A DNA stretch of 64,000 nt, from positions 22,018-86,017 of the IMG/VR virus record IMGVR_UViG_3300042400_000613; one strand, written 5' to 3'. The notes under the pieces are model-generated. The model did no database searches, was not told the origin of the DNA, and saw only the letters and a program-made list of their open reading frames with translations. Of this stretch, positions 61,016-64,000 are shown one piece after another (position 1 is the first letter of the stretch; every line of letters begins with the position of its first letter). Both the position numbers and the translations under genes were made by a program. The stretch comes from a virus.

Positions 61016-61181
61016 TGGTGTACTTAATCGGTTACGACGTACGATGCACCTACAAACGTGTAGGTGTTTATTTTGAAACGCGGGAAAAATTTTCAACCCT
61101 TATATATGTGAGGAACAATAAACGGGTTGAAAAAAAATTAAAAAAAAATTCGCAAAGTGTTTTTTTTACGAAAATGTTTTT

Positions 61182-61189
61182 TATCTTTG
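61182..61189 (+). promoter_or_regulatory. Early promoter -7 element
   Basis: TATCTTTG about 40 nt before the 41-aa ORF. Confidence 0.7.
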
Positions 61190-61230
61190 CATCAACGAAT
61201 TAATTATTTAACCACTTAATCACTTTTATC

Positions 61231-61356
61231 ATGAAAAAATCAGATTTAATCATTGTTGCAGTTGGTATCGTAGTAATTGCGGCAATTTTATGCGGCTTAT
61301 TTTACGCCGCAATTATTCTTAATAACGGAAACGCCGGTTTTAACGGCGGTTTCTAA
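61231..61356 (+). CDS. 41-aa membrane/secreted peptide (paralogue A), absent from the ORF track
   Basis: MKKSDLIIVAVGIVVIAAILCGLFYAAIILNNGNAGFNGGF; homologue at 63379. Confidence 0.8.
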   Translation: MKKSDLIIVAVGIVVIAAILCGLFYAAIILNNGNAGFNGGF

Positions 61357-61429
61357 AACAAAAAAAGGGCTACATTAAATTGTAGCCCTACCTTAAAAAA
61401 TCATTTTTAACCTTTTTAAATTTTACGTT

Positions 61430-61687
61430 ATGAATTTCAAAATTAATTTTATTTACTCTTTGATTTATGCCAACATTGGCAAAAATGGTATATCTCGCGA
61501 GAATGCCTCAAGAATGTTAACTATTTTAAATCGAGCAAATCGTTTTACGGCAAATCGTTTACTTGAGGATTTAATCCGCGAAAATGCGGAACACTATGTA
61601 ACCCAATTTTGTTGGGACAAAAGTAACCCAATAGTGGTATCTTATGAGGAATATTTCTTTGACCTTTTAGTCAAAGAAATGAAATAA
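61430..61687 (+). CDS. Early hypothetical protein
   Basis: Preceded by a hairpin (61366-61389) and a TTTTTAAATTTTA leader. Confidence 0.7.
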   Translation: MNFKINFIYSLIYANIGKNGISRENASRMLTILNRANRFTANRLLEDLIRENAEHYVTQFCWDKSNPIVVSYEEYFFDLLVKEMK

Positions 61688-61773
61688 AAAAAGAGGGGCT
61701 TCGCCTGAAGCCCCTCACTAAAAAAAATCGGGCAAAAAATTATTAACTTTTTTTAAATTTTAAATTTACAGTC

Positions 61774-62076
61774 ATGTATCAATTATCATTTAACTTGCTT
61801 AATGCAGGTAGTGTCACAGTTTCTTTTGACGTCAACTTTGGCGGAATACAAGAGCTTTATGTTGGCTTAAAGCCAACATTTGACAAATTTTATTTTGCCT
61901 CATTGAGCCAAAAAATACAGCTTGCTTCAATTAAAGCAAATGATAGCTTTAATTTCAAATGGGATAGGATATCCCAAAGCGAATTAAGAATTGAGATTCT
62001 TAAGCAAGTTTTAGATATTAAGACAAGAGAGGACGGCAATTACTATCAAACGTCCAAATTTAATTGGATACCTTAA
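61774..62076 (+). CDS. Early hypothetical protein
   Basis: Preceded by a hairpin (61693-61716) and a similar leader. Confidence 0.7.
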   Translation: MYQLSFNLLNAGSVTVSFDVNFGGIQELYVGLKPTFDKFYFASLSQKIQLASIKANDSFNFKWDRISQSELRIEILKQVLDIKTREDGNYYQTSKFNWIP

Positions 62077-62145
62077 ACAGAAAGCCCCGCGGTAAAACGC
62101 GGGGCAATTTTTAAATAAATTTTTTAATCACTTAAATTTTATACT

Positions 62146-62391
62146 ATGATTACAATTGAGTTTAAAAGAAATGGTTCTTTCTTTGTGGCTTATGTCCAAA
62201 GAGAAACCGAAAAGGCATACCAATGCGAGGTTCTCTTAGTAGATATTAATTGGGGTGACGCGGTAAAGCTGAACAAATTAATTTGGCTCCCTAAGTCAGC
62301 GGTTCAAGGTAACAAGTTACAAGCCTGGCTTGTAAGAAAGTTAGACCTAAGCGGTACATGGGAGGGTGTGCCACCTACCTACCCAAACTAA
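62146..62391 (+). CDS. Early hypothetical protein (RETEKA...WLPKS type)
   Basis: Preceded by a hairpin (62084-62105); ETEKA and WLPKS motifs are common in small phage proteins. Confidence 0.7.
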   Translation: MITIEFKRNGSFFVAYVQRETEKAYQCEVLLVDINWGDAVKLNKLIWLPKSAVQGNKLQAWLVRKLDLSGTWEGVPPTYPN

Positions 62392-62393
62392 AC

Positions 62394-62430
62394 AAAAGCC
62401 CCGGCCGGTGACGGTTCGGGGTTTTTTTTT
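62394..62430 (+). terminator. Rho-independent terminator closing the first early cassette
   Basis: GCCCCGGCCG-GTGA-CGGTTCGGGG followed by T9. Confidence 0.8.
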
Positions 62431-62489
62431 GCCTGGTTCTAACCTCATTAGATCCGGGCTTCGCCCGACGACGTAGGGGGCACCCAACG

Positions 62490-63098
62490 ACACACACATA
62501 CAATAGACAGGCATACATTAGATAGTGCATTAGAGAGACCATTAGACAGGCATACAATAGACAGGACAATATCGCGGGGCTTAACTACATCAACACATTA
62601 CATACATTAGATACACATGATACAATAGATGATAGATAGATGATAGATGAATAGGATATAATAAAACATATAATGAATTGCCTGATAAGATATGTACCAT
62701 GTATATTAGATGTATATTAGATGTTATATAGATTAAATGATATACCTTATGTTGTATAGATGTTATATAGATTAAATGATGTTATATTAGATGATAGGAT
62801 AGATGTATATTAGATGTATATTTTTATTTAATGTTATATAGATGGATGTTAGGATATGTAATATAAATGTTGTATATTAGAGGCATGATAGATAGATGTA
62901 TTATTAGATAATGTATATAGAATGAATAATAAGAATGTATGATAGATGTTATATAAGATGATATGGTATAATGTAGTTTAGATGTTATGATAGATGTATA
63001 GTGGATGTTATATAATGTAAGTAATGTATAATTGAATGTTTATAAAAGATGTATTATATTTCTGGATTGATATTATATGTACATGATAGTTCCCCGCG
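62490..63098. repeat. Non-coding ACAT/ATGT degenerate tandem tract, mostly bracketed by CGCGGGG and CCCCGCG
   Basis: CATACAATAGACAGG occurs twice (62497, 62551). ATGTATATTAG units have a 10-11 bp period. A 24-bp repeat lies at 62718/62757. CGCGGGG is at 62573 and CCCCGCG at 63092. Confidence 0.85.
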
Positions 63099-63099
63099 G

Positions 63100-63222
63100 A
63101 AAAACAAACAGAACAGCACAATAGAACGGAACCGACGGACAGACAGTACCGACGGACAGGCCCAACGAATCGACGGATAGATGGACGGACGGATAGAACG
63201 AAAAGACGGACCGAACGAATTT
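63100..63222 (+). repeat. GACGGA/AACGAA-rich degenerate repeat tract
   Basis: ACCGACGGACAG occurs twice, with many GACGGA units. Confidence 0.75.
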
Positions 63223-63231
63223 TGCTAGGGA

Positions 63232-63252
63232 TGACTAACAGAAAGCCCGAGT
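63232..63252 (+). repeat. 21-bp direct repeat (second copy at 63980-64000)
   Basis: TGACTAACAGAAAGCCCGAGT is identical in both copies. Confidence 0.9.
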
Positions 63253-63328
63253 AAATTTTTTGGGGGCAAAATATGGCGTTTTTAGCAAAATATATGTACC
63301 AATATTAGGAATATAGCATAACTGGTTG

Positions 63329-63336
63329 TATATTTG
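63329..63336 (+). promoter_or_regulatory. Early promoter -7 element
   Basis: TATATTTG about 40 nt before the second 41-aa ORF. Confidence 0.7.
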
Positions 63337-63378
63337 TAGGGCAGTCGCAAGGAAGCGAAGGCGCTAAAAAACAAAGTT

Positions 63379-63504
63379 ATGAAACGTTCTGATTATGTTA
63401 TTATCATTTTAGGTATTTTTTTCTTTGCATGTATGTTGTACCTTTGCACATACATTGCGCTAAATTTCAACAATGGTAACGCCGGTTTACACGGCGGTTA
63501 CTAA
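63379..63504 (+). CDS. 41-aa membrane/secreted peptide (paralogue B), absent from the ORF track
   Basis: MKRSDYVIIILGIFFFACMLYLCTYIALNFNNGNAGLHGGY. Confidence 0.8.
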   Translation: MKRSDYVIIILGIFFFACMLYLCTYIALNFNNGNAGLHGGY

Positions 63505-63507
63505 ACA

Positions 63508-63537
63508 AAGGTGGGGCGCGCATACCAACAACGCGTA
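63508..63537 (+). repeat. 30-bp intergenic repeat with pseudoknot potential (second copy at 63733-63762)
   Basis: AAGGTGGG(G/A)CGCGCATACCAACAACGCGTA follows two successive stop codons. Confidence 0.85.
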
Positions 63538-63575
63538 AATTTATTAATCATTAACCTTTTTAAATTTTTATTACC

Positions 63576-63728
63576 ATGTTGTATCAAGTAAAATTTTATA
63601 AGTATTTGAAGTGCGCTAAAAACGCAATCGCGAGGTATCCTAACAAATACCGGAATACAATTCATGTAACGGAGTTCGATAACGGTACATACTACAGGAT
63701 AACGGAGGTCGAAGGAACGCCTCTATAA
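63576..63728 (+). CDS. 50-aa early hypothetical protein
   Basis: [50 protein letters not shown]; its leader matches the one at 61430. Confidence 0.65.
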   Translation: MLYQVKFYKYLKCAKNAIARYPNKYRNTIHVTEFDNGTYYRITEVEGTPL

Positions 63729-63788
63729 AACGAAGGTGGGACGCGCATACCAACAACGCGTACTTTTTAAACCACAAAAAATAAAAAA

Positions 63789-63893
63789 ATGAAAAAAGTA
63801 GATGATGAATTAGGCAATATTATAGTTATTGCAATTATAATCATAAGCCTATCTTGTCTTTTCATCTTTGCCGGTATGGCTTGCGGATGTTAG
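63789..63893 (+). CDS. 34-aa single-pass membrane peptide
   Basis: MKKVDDELGNIIVIAIIIISLSCLFIFAGMACGC, with an A-rich leader. Confidence 0.6.
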   Translation: MKKVDDELGNIIVIAIIIISLSCLFIFAGMACGC

Positions 63894-64000
63894 ACGGAAG
63901 CCTCCGGACGGAAACGGACGGAGGCTCTCTCTTATTAAATCGAACGTAGCTAGAGACGGCTAGCGTATTTCAATCGGGCTGACTAACAGAAAGCCCGAGT

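Noticed and set aside
60543-61203. ORFs 60543-60728, 60798-60995 and 61015-61203 from the track
   Set aside because: They are low-complexity or overlap promoters and hairpins, have no proper leader, and are probably spurious.
62375-62569. Minus-strand 64-aa ORF with CLLY repeats
   Set aside because: It is a translation of the non-coding repeat tract and overlaps a terminator.
63508-63762. 30-bp repeats as a mini CRISPR array
   Set aside because: There are only two copies, separated by about 195 bp containing an ORF, and no cas genes. The Cas4-like nuclease at 33969 is a common stand-alone phage gene.
63974-64000. CTGA...GAAA as a hammerhead ribozyme core
   Set aside because: It lacks the CUGANGA consensus and stem II.
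1-64000. Stop-codon reassignment, diversity-generating retroelement, retron or integrase
   Set aside because: Genes are full length under code 11, with TGA and TAG at natural ends (for example nrdA CEG-TGA). No reverse transcriptase or recombinase motifs were seen.

Overview
A 64-kb AT-rich segment of a large lytic myovirus with T4-like structural genes. The host is most likely a Bacteroidota bacterium, based on TAnnTTTG promoters, A/T-rich leaders without Shine-Dalgarno sequences and a Bacteroidota-type ClpS-like gene. Gene order on the + strand: scaffold and major capsid, PhoH, a three-domain glycosyltransferase/lysyl-hydroxylase, neck, sheath, three tail-tube paralogues, a gp26/gp51-like pair, tape measure and baseplate. 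Replication genes follow: two family-A DNA polymerases, gp32, UvsX/RecA, 5'-3' exonuclease, helicase and NrdB/NrdA. Next come a roughly 15-kb cluster of about 11 glycosyltransferases plus methyltransferases, and accessory genes. A minus-strand block encodes an S8 protease, a GH73 hydrolase, a MazG-like protein and a tRNA-CAT. A divergent early region holds small gene cassettes, structured repeats and low-complexity tracts. The most unusual signal is a set of recurring 0.4-0.9 kb CAT/ATG-rich, CG-poor islands. They often open with a GCGGGG-like motif and close with CCCCGC, appear in pure form in non-coding DNA (62.6-63.1 kb) and are also overlaid on coding genes. Other notable signals are an apparent eukaryote-like protein hydroxylation/glycosylation pathway, twin 41-aa early peptides and a repeated pseudoknot. 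All protein assignments are from motif recognition by eye; no searches were run.
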